48,671 bases of DNA from Pedosphaera sp. (GCA_031414955.1 JANOQV010000009.1:1-48671), one strand, 5' to 3'. Positions 20,490 to 30,704 are shown, counted from the first letter of the stretch. Program-made: numbers and translations. Notes: generated by a model not told the origin, from the letters alone.

Positions 20490-21878
20490 TCAGTGGCCCA
20501 GCGGCATTCGCAAGGTGAAGGTGCTGCCCGCGCCCAACTTGCTCTCCACGGACACGGTGCCGCCGTGCGCCTCGACGATAGCTTTGACGATGGACAGGCC
20601 CAGACCCGCGCCGCCGTGCGTGCGCGTGCGCGCCGTGTCCACGCGGTAGAAGCGCTCGAAGATGTGCGGCAGGTGTTCCGGCGCGATGCCCACGCCGGCG
20701 TCGATGACGTCGATGCGCGCCTCGCTCCCGACGGTGGCCGCGCGGATTTCGATCTGCTCGCCGGGCGGCGTGTGGTGCAGGGCGTTCTCGACCAGATTGC
20801 GCACCGCGCGTTCGAGCGAGAACACATCGCCGGGAATGTTGACGCTCTCGGCCAACTCAAGCTGGAGCCGGACATTCTGCGCGGCAGCAAGCGGGGACAG
20901 TTGCTCGGTGACATCGCGGCAGACGAGGGCGAGGTCCACCGGCGACTTCTCGCCCTGCGGACGGACCGCGTCGAGCGCCGCCAGCGCCAGCAGGTTCTCC
21001 ACGAGGCTGGAAAGGCGTTCCAGTTCGTGCCGGTTCGAGTCGAGCGTGCGCTGGTAATCGGCCGGTGCGCGCTCGCGACGCAACGCGATTTCGATCTCCG
21101 CCCGCAGCGCGGCCAGCGGTGTGCGCAGTTCGTGCGAAGCGTCCGCGACAAAACGATGCTGGCTGGCGTGCGCGGCTTCGAGGCGGTCGAGCAGTTCGTT
21201 GCAGGTGGTGGCGAGCTGCGCGAGTTCGGGTGCCTCGGGCGGCGCGAACAGGCGCTGGCGGCCCAGACTGCCGAGATTCACGTTGCGCGCCGTTTCACTG
21301 AGCGCGGCCAGCGGCGCGTTCCATTGGCGGATGAGAAAGTTCAAGCCCAGCGCGGCCAGCAGCAGCGCGGCGGCGCTCCCGCCGGCCAGCCAGAAAATCA
21401 ACTGCCGCAGCGGACGGTCGCGGTCGCGGATCAAGATTCCAACCTGCGAGTAGCAGACAAATTTTTTCTGCTGCTCGATCCGCACGGTCGCCATCCGGTA
21501 GCGCGCGCCGTCCGGCCCCGTCGCGTCGTGGACGAGCACGCCGAGGGGATGCGAGGCCAGGCGTTTGACTTCCTCAGTGGGCAGGATGGGCTGGGCGAGG
21601 CGCGCGCTCTTGTAGAGCACGTTCCACCCGGCGTCGAAGGTCTGGCCAAAGCCGGTGTAGCGATCCCCGCGCCACGGCCGCTCGTCCGCCGCGACGGACG
21701 AGGGTGCGGTTGGATTGACCTGGCTGCCGAGGATGAACGCCTTGTCGCGCACGAACTGATCGACGTCGCCGAGCAACGTCTGGCGCACGAGCAGAAACAC
21801 CACCACGCCGAACACCGCCAGCACCAGCCCGAGCCAGGTAAGCAGCGTGGTCAGCAGGCGTTGGCGCAAGGTGCTCAT
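20490..21878 (-). CDS. HAMP-domain sensor histidine kinase (CusS/CzcS-like)
   Basis: two TM helices, FVADASHELRTPL H-box, NLVENA, DAGVGI, IFERFYRVD, GAGLGLSIV. Confidence 0.95.
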   Translation of the reverse strand: MSTLRQRLLTTLLTWLGLVLAVFGVVVFLLVRQTLLGDVDQFVRDKAFILGSQVNPTAPSSVAADERPWRGDRYTGFGQTFDAGWNVLYKSARLAQPILPTEEVKRLASHPLGVLVHDATGPDGARYRMATVRIEQQKKFVCYSQVGILIRDRDRPLRQLIFWLAGGSAAALLLAALGLNFLIRQWNAPLAALSETARNVNLGSLGRQRLFAPPEAPELAQLATTCNELLDRLEAAHASQHRFVADASHELRTPLAALRAEIEIALRRERAPADYQRTLDSNRHELERLSSLVENLLALAALDAVRPQGEKSPVDLALVCRDVTEQLSPLAAAQNVRLQLELAESVNIPGDVFSLERAVRNLVENALHHTPPGEQIEIRAATVGSEARIDVIDAGVGIAPEHLPHIFERFYRVDTARTRTHGGAGLGLSIVKAIVEAHGGTVSVESKLGAGSTFTLRMPLGH

Positions 21879-21901
21879 CGGTTCAGCGTCGCGGAGCGCG
21901 G

Positions 21902-21938
21902 GTGAAAGGCGGATGAAGCGCGGGTGAAAAAGTTTTCA
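21902..21938 (-). promoter_or_regulatory. putative OmpR-family binding site upstream of the histidine kinase
   Basis: + strand GTGAA/ATGAA/GTGAA at 21902, 21913, 21924 (11-bp period), ending TGAAAAAGTTTTCA. Confidence 0.6.
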
Positions 21939-21952
21939 TGTCCAGCCCGGTT

Positions 21953-22073
21953 TTGAACCGCAGATGGACGCGGATAAACGCAGATAGAAAGTGGTTGAAC
22001 ACAGCCGGCGCAGTTTTTGGAAATGTTTTGGTTCATCAGCATCTGCGTTTATCTGCGTCCATCTGCGGTTCAA
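21953..22073. repeat. palindromic MITE-like element with 10-nt periodic arms
   Basis: 33-bp inverted repeat with one mismatch: TTGAACCGCAGATGGACGCGGATAAACGCAGAT / ATCTGCGTTTATCTGCGTCCATCTGCGGTTCAA. Confidence 0.85.
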
Positions 22074-22077
22074 TTCT

Positions 22078-22752
22078 TCACGCCTCCGCCTTCAGCACAT
22101 AGCCCGCGCCGCGCACGGTGTGGAGGAGCGGCGTGGCGAAACCCTTGTCCACCTTGGCCCGCAGATGCGAGAGCGTGACATCAATCACGTTGCTGAAGGA
22201 GTCAAAGTTCTCGTCCCATACTTCCTCGGCGAGCCGCGTGCGGCTGATGACTTCGCCGGGATGCCGGAGCAGAAACGCGAGCACGGCAAATTCCTTTGCC
22301 GACAGCGCGAGCGCCTGCCCGGCGCGCGTCACGGTGCGCGCGCGGTAATCGAGTTCGAGATCCGCGTGGCGCAGGTGCAAGGATTCCTCCGCCACCGGAC
22401 GCCGCAAGACCGCACGCACCCGCGCCAGCAGTTCCGCAAACGCGAAGGGCTTCACGAGATAATCATCCGCGCCCGCCTCCAACCCGCGCACGCGGTCCTC
22501 GACGGATTGCCGCGCCGTGAGCATGAGCACGCGGGTGGCCCGACGCTCCGCGCGCAGCGTGTCGAGCACTGCCCAGCCGTCGCGCTTGGGCAGCATCACG
22601 TCGAGGATCGCCAGATCAAATGGCTCGGTGCGCAGACGATGCAGCGCGTCCTCGCCGTCGTGAGAAACCTCGACGACGAAGCCTTCCTCGCGCAGCCCGC
22701 GCGCGATTGAATCGGCGAGCCGCGCCTCATCCTCCACGATGAGAATTCGCAT
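22078..22752 (-). CDS. OmpR-family response regulator (CusR/CzcR-like)
   Basis: MRILIVEDE, ILDVMLP, LTAR, GADDYLVKPF, LRAKVD, HTVRGAGY. Confidence 0.96.
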   Translation of the reverse strand: MRILIVEDEARLADSIARGLREEGFVVEVSHDGEDALHRLRTEPFDLAILDVMLPKRDGWAVLDTLRAERRATRVLMLTARQSVEDRVRGLEAGADDYLVKPFAFAELLARVRAVLRRPVAEESLHLRHADLELDYRARTVTRAGQALALSAKEFAVLAFLLRHPGEVISRTRLAEEVWDENFDSFSNVIDVTLSHLRAKVDKGFATPLLHTVRGAGYVLKAEA

Positions 22753-22978
22753 GAGCGGAGCTTGGGCCACTAGTTTCGGGAAAGCGAGTCCGGGCATGAC
22801 TGCGGTCAACTACGCGCCGCAAATTGTGTCGTGATGGGTCTTTGATCTACGATTGAGTTGTCTCGCCGAACGAACGCCAGCGCGAAAAAGTAACATAGAT
22901 GTTCACATCAAACCTTGTGAACGGCGGCACGTTATCCACAGAAAGAATCCCGTTCGGAAAAACGCTCACAAAAACACT

Positions 22979-24907
22979 ATGAACAAATCCTACGCACCGA
23001 TCTCGCTGCCTCGCTTGCGCGCCATTGGCACCAGTATCCGCCTGCTGGCTGCGGTGCTGGCGCTTTCCGTGATGACCAGCCGAAGCCTGGCCATCAATGC
23101 GAGTCCCACCCCCGTCCAACTCAAGCAACCGGATGGACGCAGCATTACCCTGCGAGTGCGCGGCGACGAATACTGTCACTGGTTCGAGGATCTGAATGGC
23201 TACTCGGTTGTATTGAACAAGGGCGCCTACGTGTACGCGGTCCGCGACACACAGGGTGGTTTGGCTCCGACCGCTCTGGCAGTTGGCGTCGCCGATCCAG
23301 CCAGTTCAAATGTCACGATCAAGAGCGGGCCTACGCCGGCCTTCAAAAGCCAAAAGCGGGCCGCGGTGTTGGGCCCGCCGAGGCCGCGGCACCTCCGCCG
23401 TCCATCGCGCCCGTGGGCACAATTAAGAACCTCATCATTCTGTGCCAATTCAGCGACCACACCCTGGGTGTTCACACCCGGGCACCTTCTGATTACACCA
23501 CCTTGATGAACGCCATTGGGGGAGATCCAGTTCTCGCTCCCACAGGCAGCCTGCTGGATTATTACAAAACGAACTCCTACGGGACCATGACCCTGACGAG
23601 CACCGTGGTCGCGTGGGTCACGCTCCCGCAGACCGAGGCTTATTATGGCAACGGGAATGACGGACTTGGTAGCGCTCCAAACAATGGCCAGCGCATGGCG
23701 GAGGACGCGCTGAATGCCGCCAATGCCGTCGTGAACTTTGGCCAGTTCGACTCGGACAACGATGGCTTCGTCGATTCCATCGACTTCATTCATTCCGGCT
23801 ACGCGGCGGAGACGGGCAGTGGAGGCGGCAATTGGATGTGGTCCCATCGCTGGGGTCTCAACTCCACCAGGTCGAGCGGCGATTTGAACGGCTTGGGTGT
23901 CAGCGTCAAAGCTTCTGATTATCACACCGAAGCCGCGCTCTGGGACACCAGTGGCACCAACATCCTGCGCGTCGGCGTCATTGCCCATGAAACCGGTCGC
24001 TTCTTCGGATTGCCGGACTTGTATGACAGTGATGGCACCAGCGCGGGCATCGGCTCCTATTGTTTGATGGCGAACTCGTGGGGCTTCGACGGCACGCAAT
24101 ATCACCCGCCGCAATTGAGCGCCTGGTGCCGCCAGCAGGTAAACTTCACGGTGCCGACGGTCATCGGTGCCGGGACTTACAATATCGGTCGGGCGGAAAC
24201 CGTCTCGCAGACCTTCAAGGTCAACAGCGGCTATCCGAGTGGCGAGTATTCTGCGCCAGACGGTGCCTGGCACCTTCGTAACTCACGTGACCCTGGCGGG
24301 CGGTGCCCTGGATTCTCAGGCCTCCGTGGTTCTGAACGGCAACGCCAATGATTACGTGGCGTTAACCGCGGGCGTCATCCAGCGTTGGCGCACCAACGGT
24401 TCCTTCCTCGGCACCGTCACTCTCGCCGGCTTCGGTGCCGTCCCCGGAGAAAACGCATCCTTTCAAAACGTGCGGCTGGCCGCGGTGGGCAACAACTGGC
24501 TGACCTACAACGCGAATCGCGTGCTCTCGATCTGGAGTCAGCGCGGCTCCCGCATCGCCACCACCACCCTGCAAAATGCCGGCGCCGGCACCATCGAGGC
24601 CCAGTTTAGCCTCAGCTACTGCGCCGGGAAGGTCTTCGTAGTGGATGCCCCCGCCGGACTGTGGCGCGGCTACGACATCTGCACCTCGCCCGAGCGGCCG
24701 ATCCTCTCGAACCCCGTGCGCCTGGGCGGCGGCCAGTTCCAGTTGAACCTGCACGCGCCGCCCGCCCGCCCTTACATCCTCGAACGCACGGCCAACCTCA
24801 CCACCTGGACGCCGTTCCTGACCAACACTCCGCTGGCCCCGAACACCATCATCACCGACACCGGGGCGGCGGGCAGCATTCTCTACTACCGCGCCCGCAC
24901 CCAGTAA
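22979..24907 (+). pseudogene. disrupted M6-family (immune inhibitor A-like) metalloprotease gene in three frames
   Basis: signal peptide and QPDG...GDE prodomain; frameshift near 23375; M6 core (DYYKTNSYG, FDSDNDGFVD, HSGYAAE, WSHRW, HETGRFFGLPDLYD, CLMANSWG); out-of-frame junction near 24250 to a C-terminal module paralogous to 29125-29785. Confidence 0.8.
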
Positions 24908-25066
24908 GCGCGGCCCGGACGTTCGCGCCTGGCTTTCACGCCGGCGTCATCGCACCCGCGGTGACGCCGGCCTTTTCTATGGCCGGGCCGGGGACAAGAC
25001 TTGTGAAAGTCAGTCCGGCGTGGCATTAAACTGGCCATCAACCTTACTGACACAACCCAAGAAGAA

Positions 25067-28000
25067 ATGAACAAAGCCCGGCTGCACCTCGTTCCGCGCA
25101 CTCTGCGCCTGGTCAAATCCACGGTGGGCGTCGCGCTCACGGCGCTCTTCCTCGCCGCCACCGCATCAGCCTCAGCCTTGATCATCAACCTGACCTACGA
25201 TCCGGATGGAACTTTCACCAACGCCGGTTTGTCGGCGGTGGACATCGTGAACATGAAGACGGCCAGCGCCCAGGCCGCCGCGCTGCTCACCACGAACTTT
25301 ACCGACCAGATCAACGTCAACATCCACATCACGGCGGAGCCGGGCACCAACACGCTCGGCCGCAGCAGCACCGTGCTCATCGCCACCAACTTCGCCACGC
25401 TTCGCGCCCGGCTGCTCGCGGATGCGACGGGGCCGGATGACGCGACGGCGACCGGCCCGGGCGGTTCCCTGCCCTCCTCCGACCCGTTCGGCGGCAGCAC
25501 CAACTTCGTGGTCAGCCGCGCGCAGGCCAAGGCGCTGGGTCTCCTGGCGGATGACGCGGTGACGCTGGATGGCACCTTCACTTTTGGAGGCGGGCACAGC
25601 TTCGCCTACGATCCGACCAACCGGGCGGTGGTGGGGAATTTTGATTTCATCGGCCTGGCCCTGCGCGAATTCACGGAGATCATGGGGCGCGGCTTTGTGA
25701 TGGGGGCGGAAGCCGAGGGCAGCCCCGGTTACATGGTGATGGATCTGTTCCATTTCAGCGCGGCGGGCGTGCCGGCTTTTAACACCGGAGCCGGGCGGTA
25801 TTTCTCGATTGATAACGGCACCACGAGCCTGAAGGACTTCAACAACTACGACCTGAACGGCAGGGATGCCCAAGACTGGGCCAGCGGAGCGAATGACGCC
25901 TTCAACGCCCTCAGCAGCGCCGACGTGAAAAACGATCTGACCGAAGTGGACCTGCGCGTGCTGGAAGTGATCGGCTACAACCGGCTCACGCTGCCCATCG
26001 CCCTGGATGCGACGGGCCTGACGTGGACCACGGGCGGCAATGTGAGTTGGTTTCCACAAACCAACGTCACGCACGACGGCGTGGACGCTGCCCGCAGCGG
26101 CGGCATCACCCACAGCCAGTCGAGCTTCGTCGAGGCCTCCGTCACCGGCCCGGCGGCCTTGAGCTTCTGGTGGAAAGTTTCCTCGGAGACCACCTTCGAC
26201 GCCCTGACCGTGGCGATGGATGGGAACGTCTCCAACTCCATCTCGGGAGAAGTGAACTGGCAGCTCCGCACGCTGGCCGTGCCGGCGGGCGCGCACACGG
26301 TGCGGTGGACCTACTCGAAGGACGGCAGTTCCAGCGCGGGCAGCGACGCGGGCTTTTTGGATCAAGTGACCGTGGCGCTGGCCCCGGTGCTGGCGGGCCT
26401 TGAGGCTGGGGCCGTGGCTTACACGGAGAATCAGGCGGCGGTGCTCCTCACCGCGACCATCACGGCCAGCGATGCGGACAGCGCCAATCTCGCCAGTGCC
26501 ACGGTGAGCATCACGACGGGTTTCACCAGCGGACAGGACGTGCTGGCCATGACGCCCAATCCGCAAAACGGCATCACGGCCGCCTACACTGCGGGTACCG
26601 GCGTGCTGACCCTGAGCGGGGCAAGCGCGGTGGCGAACTATCAATCCGCGTTGCGCAGCGTGACCTACACGAACACCAGTGAGAATCCATCCAACGCGAC
26701 CCGCACCGTCACCTTTCGCGTCAATGACGGCGCGAGCGGCAGCAATCCGCAGTCGCGCAACATCACCGTGGCGGGCGTGAACGACGCGCCGGTGCTGGCG
26801 AGCATCGGGGCCAGCGCCGTGGCCTACACGGAGAACCAGGCGGCAACGCTCGTGACCGCAACCATCACGGTCACGGATGCCGACAGCGCCACCCTCACCG
26901 GCGGCACGGTCAGCCTCAGCACCAATTTCGCCAGCGGCCAGGACGTGCTGGGCATGAATCCGAATCCGCAGAACGGCATCACGGCGACCTACAGCGCCGG
27001 CACGGGCGTCCTGACCTTGAGCGGCTCCAGCACGGTCGTGAGCTACCGGACGGCGCTGCGCAGCGTGAGCTACACCAACACCAGCGACACGCCTTCGACC
27101 GCGCTACGCACGGTCACCATCCTCGCGAATGACGGCGCGGTGGACAGCAACCCGCAATCGCGCAACCTCACCGTGGCGGCAGTCAACGACGCGCCGGTGC
27201 TGGCCAACCTCGAGCCGGGAGCCTTGGGCTACGCGGCGAGTCAGGCGGCGACTCCCGTGACCGCGACACTCACCGCCAGCGATGCGGACAGCACCAATCT
27301 CGTCAGCGGCACGGTGAGCCTCACGGCGGGTTTCAACATCGGACAGGATCTGCTGGCCATGACGCCCAATCCGCAAAACGGGATCTCCGCCAGCTACAAT
27401 GCCGGCTCGGGTGTGATGTCGTTGATCGGTGCCAGCGCGGTGAGCAATTACCAGGCGGCCTTGCGCAGCGTGACCTACTCGAACAGCAGCGCGAACCCTT
27501 CGACCGCAACCCGCACCGTCACTTTTCTGGTCAATGACAGCCCGGCGAACAGCAATCCGCAGGCGCGCAACATCACCGTCAGCGGGCCGAGCCTCATTCC
27601 GCCCATTACCCCGACCAATGGCGGCGTCACCTCCATCCTGCTCTTTGTGGATGATCCGGGTTCGCTCTCGCCCTACAAAACCGCCTTGGATTTCGCGGGA
27701 CTCGGCCACCAATACTTCACCAACGAAGCTCTGTTCAGCGCCGCCGTGGCCGCGAGCAATCCGGTCAGCACGCTGGTGATCGTGAACTCGACCGTGAGCA
27801 ATCACAACTTCTCGCCGCTCATCACCTTTGTGGCCAACGGCGGACGGGCCATTCTCCAATATCAGAACCTCGATGGGGACGCCGCCCTCGCCGCCGCCTT
27901 CAACGTCGCCGTAACGCAGGATGTTTTAACGCCGTTGAATCTCTCCAACTGGGACGGCACTTATTTTTTCGCCCGCGTCGCCAGCCCGCTCATCCTCTCG

Positions 28001-29785
28001 GAACGCGGGAACGCCGATGATGGCGACCGGCTGCGCGCGACCCCGGGCGGTGTGGCGGTGGCGGGCTACACGGCTGTCCCGGAGGACGCCGAAGCCGCCG
28101 TGGTGATCGGCAACGCCGGCCGGACCATCGTGAACGCGCTGGCCCTGGAGAACGCAACCAGCGCCCCGGCCCAGGCCAGTCAGTTCGCGTTGAATGAAAT
28201 CTTCTACCTGCTCGCGCCCCTGAAGGGCGGAGGACGCGTGGCCGTGCTGGGCGCGGAACCCAACACGGGCTGGAACGAGGACGTGCGCCAAAAGCTCCTG
28301 AGCACGGCGGCGTTCGAGGCGGTGGATGTGTTCCAGGTGGACACGATGACTCCGACCCTGGCGCAGTTGCGACCCTACTCGGCCGTGCTCGTCTATTCGG
28401 ATTTGCCTTTCGACAACGCCACCACGCTGGGCGATGTGCTGGCCGACTACACCGAGGCGGGTGGAGGCATCGTGGTTTGCACCTTCGCCCTGCACGAATT
28501 GGGCTCGGGCTATGGAGTTGAGGGACGCCTCCGTTCTGGAGGCTATCTGCCGTTCGTGGGAGTGTCGCAGAGTCAGGGCACCGAGGTCACCATGTTGCCT
28601 GATCAAACCGGGCATCCCATTCTGGCGGGGGTGGGATCGATGAGCGGAGGCAGTTCCAGTTTTCACAATATCGCGGAGGTGGCCAGCCATGCGGATTTGA
28701 TCGCGCATTGGAGCAACGGGCGTCCGCTCATTATGAACAAGCTCACGGGTCTGGGTCGCGTGGCCGGGCTGAACTTTTTTCCGCCCTCGGAAACATTGCA
28801 GGCCAACCTCTGGCGCACCAACAGCGGCGGCGGCCAGCTCATGGCCAACGCCTTGCGCTGGGCCGCCCTGCCCGACTGCACCTTGAAGACCAACTACACC
28901 GCCGACCTGACTTTCACGGACAGCCTGGGCGGCAACACCATGAGCCTGGCCTTCGACGGCACGAACTTCTGGTCGGCCAGCGGCGGCGACACCAACGGCA
29001 ATCGCCTCGCCCGCTACACGGCGGCGGGAACCTTCGTGGCTTCCTACGCGCCGGCCATCGATTTCCGATCCCTCTTCACCGATGCCCGAGGCCGGCTCTA
29101 CGCGCGCGGCTCGGACAGCCCGGCCATCCTGCGTCAAACGACGCCGGGAACTTTCCTTCCTCATCTGGTCTTGAATGGCGGGCCGTTGGATGAAGCGTCC
29201 GCCGTCGTTTTGAGCGGCAACGCCAACGAGTACCTGGCGCTGAACAATGGTGTGGTCAGCCGGTGGAGCACGAACGGCTCTTTCCTCGGCACCGTCACTC
29301 TCGACGGCTTCGGCACCCTCGCCGGAGAGAGCAGCGACTATCAAAATGTGCGCCTGGCCGCGGTGGGCAACGTCTGGCTCACCGGGAACGGCAGCCGGGT
29401 GTTGTCGGTCTGGAACCAAAGCGGGGCCCGCCTCGCCACCACCGTGCTGCAAAACGCCGGCACCGGTTTTGATTCCAAGTACAGTTTCAGCTACTGCGCC
29501 GGCCGGGTCTGGATCGTCGATGCCCCCGGCGGATCGTGGCGCGGCTACGACATCTGCACCTCGCCGGAACGCCCCGTCATCTCAAACCCGGCCCGCGTGG
29601 CGGGTGGAAGGTTCCAATTCGATCTGCGCGCGCCGCCTGCCCGCAGTTACACCCTCGAACGCACCGCCGATCTCATCAACTGGGTGACCTTGACGAATTT
29701 CGTGCCCCTGGCTCCCAACACGGCCATCACCGATGACGGCACTGCGGGCCAAAGCAACCTGTTCTACCGCGCCCGCACGCCGTAG
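25067..29785 (+). CDS. 1572-aa secreted multidomain protein: zincin-like N-terminal domain, three cadherin/Ig-like repeats, further domains and a C-terminal sorting-like domain
   Basis: signal peptide; FDFIGLALREFTEIMGR...MDLFHFSA...YFSIDNG...DAQDW; three 135-aa repeats; ends FYRARTP. Confidence 0.85.
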   Translation: MNKARLHLVPRTLRLVKSTVGVALTALFLAATASASALIINLTYDPDGTFTNAGLSAVDIVNMKTASAQAAALLTTNFTDQINVNIHITAEPGTNTLGRSSTVLIATNFATLRARLLADATGPDDATATGPGGSLPSSDPFGGSTNFVVSRAQAKALGLLADDAVTLDGTFTFGGGHSFAYDPTNRAVVGNFDFIGLALREFTEIMGRGFVMGAEAEGSPGYMVMDLFHFSAAGVPAFNTGAGRYFSIDNGTTSLKDFNNYDLNGRDAQDWASGANDAFNALSSADVKNDLTEVDLRVLEVIGYNRLTLPIALDATGLTWTTGGNVSWFPQTNVTHDGVDAARSGGITHSQSSFVEASVTGPAALSFWWKVSSETTFDALTVAMDGNVSNSISGEVNWQLRTLAVPAGAHTVRWTYSKDGSSSAGSDAGFLDQVTVALAPVLAGLEAGAVAYTENQAAVLLTATITASDADSANLASATVSITTGFTSGQDVLAMTPNPQNGITAAYTAGTGVLTLSGASAVANYQSALRSVTYTNTSENPSNATRTVTFRVNDGASGSNPQSRNITVAGVNDAPVLASIGASAVAYTENQAATLVTATITVTDADSATLTGGTVSLSTNFASGQDVLGMNPNPQNGITATYSAGTGVLTLSGSSTVVSYRTALRSVSYTNTSDTPSTALRTVTILANDGAVDSNPQSRNLTVAAVNDAPVLANLEPGALGYAASQAATPVTATLTASDADSTNLVSGTVSLTAGFNIGQDLLAMTPNPQNGISASYNAGSGVMSLIGASAVSNYQAALRSVTYSNSSANPSTATRTVTFLVNDSPANSNPQARNITVSGPSLIPPITPTNGGVTSILLFVDDPGSLSPYKTALDFAGLGHQYFTNEALFSAAVAASNPVSTLVIVNSTVSNHNFSPLITFVANGGRAILQYQNLDGDAALAAAFNVAVTQDVLTPLNLSNWDGTYFFARVASPLILSERGNADDGDRLRATPGGVAVAGYTAVPEDAEAAVVIGNAGRTIVNALALENATSAPAQASQFALNEIFYLLAPLKGGGRVAVLGAEPNTGWNEDVRQKLLSTAAFEAVDVFQVDTMTPTLAQLRPYSAVLVYSDLPFDNATTLGDVLADYTEAGGGIVVCTFALHELGSGYGVEGRLRSGGYLPFVGVSQSQGTEVTMLPDQTGHPILAGVGSMSGGSSSFHNIAEVASHADLIAHWSNGRPLIMNKLTGLGRVAGLNFFPPSETLQANLWRTNSGGGQLMANALRWAALPDCTLKTNYTADLTFTDSLGGNTMSLAFDGTNFWSASGGDTNGNRLARYTAAGTFVASYAPAIDFRSLFTDARGRLYARGSDSPAILRQTTPGTFLPHLVLNGGPLDEASAVVLSGNANEYLALNNGVVSRWSTNGSFLGTVTLDGFGTLAGESSDYQNVRLAAVGNVWLTGNGSRVLSVWNQSGARLATTVLQNAGTGFDSKYSFSYCAGRVWIVDAPGGSWRGYDICTSPERPVISNPARVAGGRFQFDLRAPPARSYTLERTADLINWVTLTNFVPLAPNTAITDDGTAGQSNLFYRARTP
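26381..27583 (+). repeat. three intragenic tandem repeats with 405-nt period
   Basis: APVLA-coding starts at 26381, 26786, 27191; conserved PNPQNGI, YxxALRSVxYxN, SNPQxRNxTV. Confidence 0.9.
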
Positions 29786-29837
29786 CGGAACGCCTCCGTG
29801 GGAGAAGGCTGCCCCGTGGCCGGAAGCACCTCCGCTC

Positions 29838-30704
29838 TCAAAGCACCGCGTTGTCGATCAGCCGGGTCTTCCCCACGAACACGGCGAGCGCGAGCTGCGT
29901 GCCGCGGCCCACGGCGCGGGAGGGTTGCAATGTTTCCGGATCGAAGCACTCGAGATAATCCACTCGCGCCTCGGGCTGCTGCTCGATGAATTCTTTCAGC
30001 TCGCGCCGGAGTTTGAGCGCGGAAATCGGACGTGATGATTTTGCGACGGCGATTCGCGCGCGTTGAATCGCCTGCCAAAGCACGATGGCCTGGGAGCGCT
30101 GCGCGTCCGTCAGGTATTTGTTGCGCGAACTCAGGGCCAGCCCGTCGCGCTCGCGCACGGTGGGCGCGACGACAATCTTGAGCGGGAAGTTCAGGTCGCG
30201 GATCATGCGCCGGATGACGGCGGCCTGCTGGAAATCCTTCGCGCCAAACACCGCCACCTCCGGCAGCACGAGGTTGAAGAGCTTGGCCACGATGGTGGTG
30301 ACACCGCGAAAGTGCGTGGGCCGTGACGCACCTTCCATGCGGCGCGAGAGATTCTCCTCCACCACGAAGGTGCTGTAACCGCCTTCGGCCTGGGAGGGGT
30401 AGATCTGCGCGTCCGAGGGAAAGAAGATCACATCCGCGCCCGCCTCGCGGCAGAGTTGGGTGTCGCGGGCCAAATCGCGCGGGTAGCGGCTCAGGTCTTC
30501 GGCGGGCGCGAACTGCGTCGGGTTCACGTAGATGCTCACCACCACCACGCCCTTGGGGCCGACCAATCGCCGCGCGCGCCGCACGAGGCTGACGTGCCCC
30601 TCGTGCAGATAGCCCATGGTGGGCACTAAGCCGATGCGCGCTCCGGCCCGCCGCCATTGGTGCGCCAGTCGCTGCATCGCCGAAATTGTTTTCACCACCC
30701 GCAT
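29838..30704 (-). CDS. panC: pantoate--beta-alanine ligase
   Basis: VPTMGYLHEGH, VNPTQF, RPTHFRGV, FGAKDFQQ, DGLALSSRN, TRLIDN. Confidence 0.97.
   Translation of the reverse strand: MRVVKTISAMQRLAHQWRRAGARIGLVPTMGYLHEGHVSLVRRARRLVGPKGVVVVSIYVNPTQFAPAEDLSRYPRDLARDTQLCREAGADVIFFPSDAQIYPSQAEGGYSTFVVEENLSRRMEGASRPTHFRGVTTIVAKLFNLVLPEVAVFGAKDFQQAAVIRRMIRDLNFPLKIVVAPTVRERDGLALSSRNKYLTDAQRSQAIVLWQAIQRARIAVAKSSRPISALKLRRELKEFIEQQPEARVDYLECFDPETLQPSRAVGRGTQLALAVFVGKTRLIDNAVL

Noticed and set aside
22901..22940. GTTCACA-N8-TGTGAAC inverted repeat and a perfect DnaA box (TTATCCACA, 22932-22940) as an origin
   Set aside because: Single box, no cluster or dnaA context; the inverted repeat may be an operator but has no second copy to support it
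23370..23415. Programmed frameshift in the M6 gene
   Set aside because: No slippery heptamer or homopolymer run, and two further lesions indicate decay
24250..29785. Paralogous C-termini, or the ppdK copies, as DGR template/variable repeats
   Set aside because: Differences are not adenine-specific and no reverse transcriptase is present
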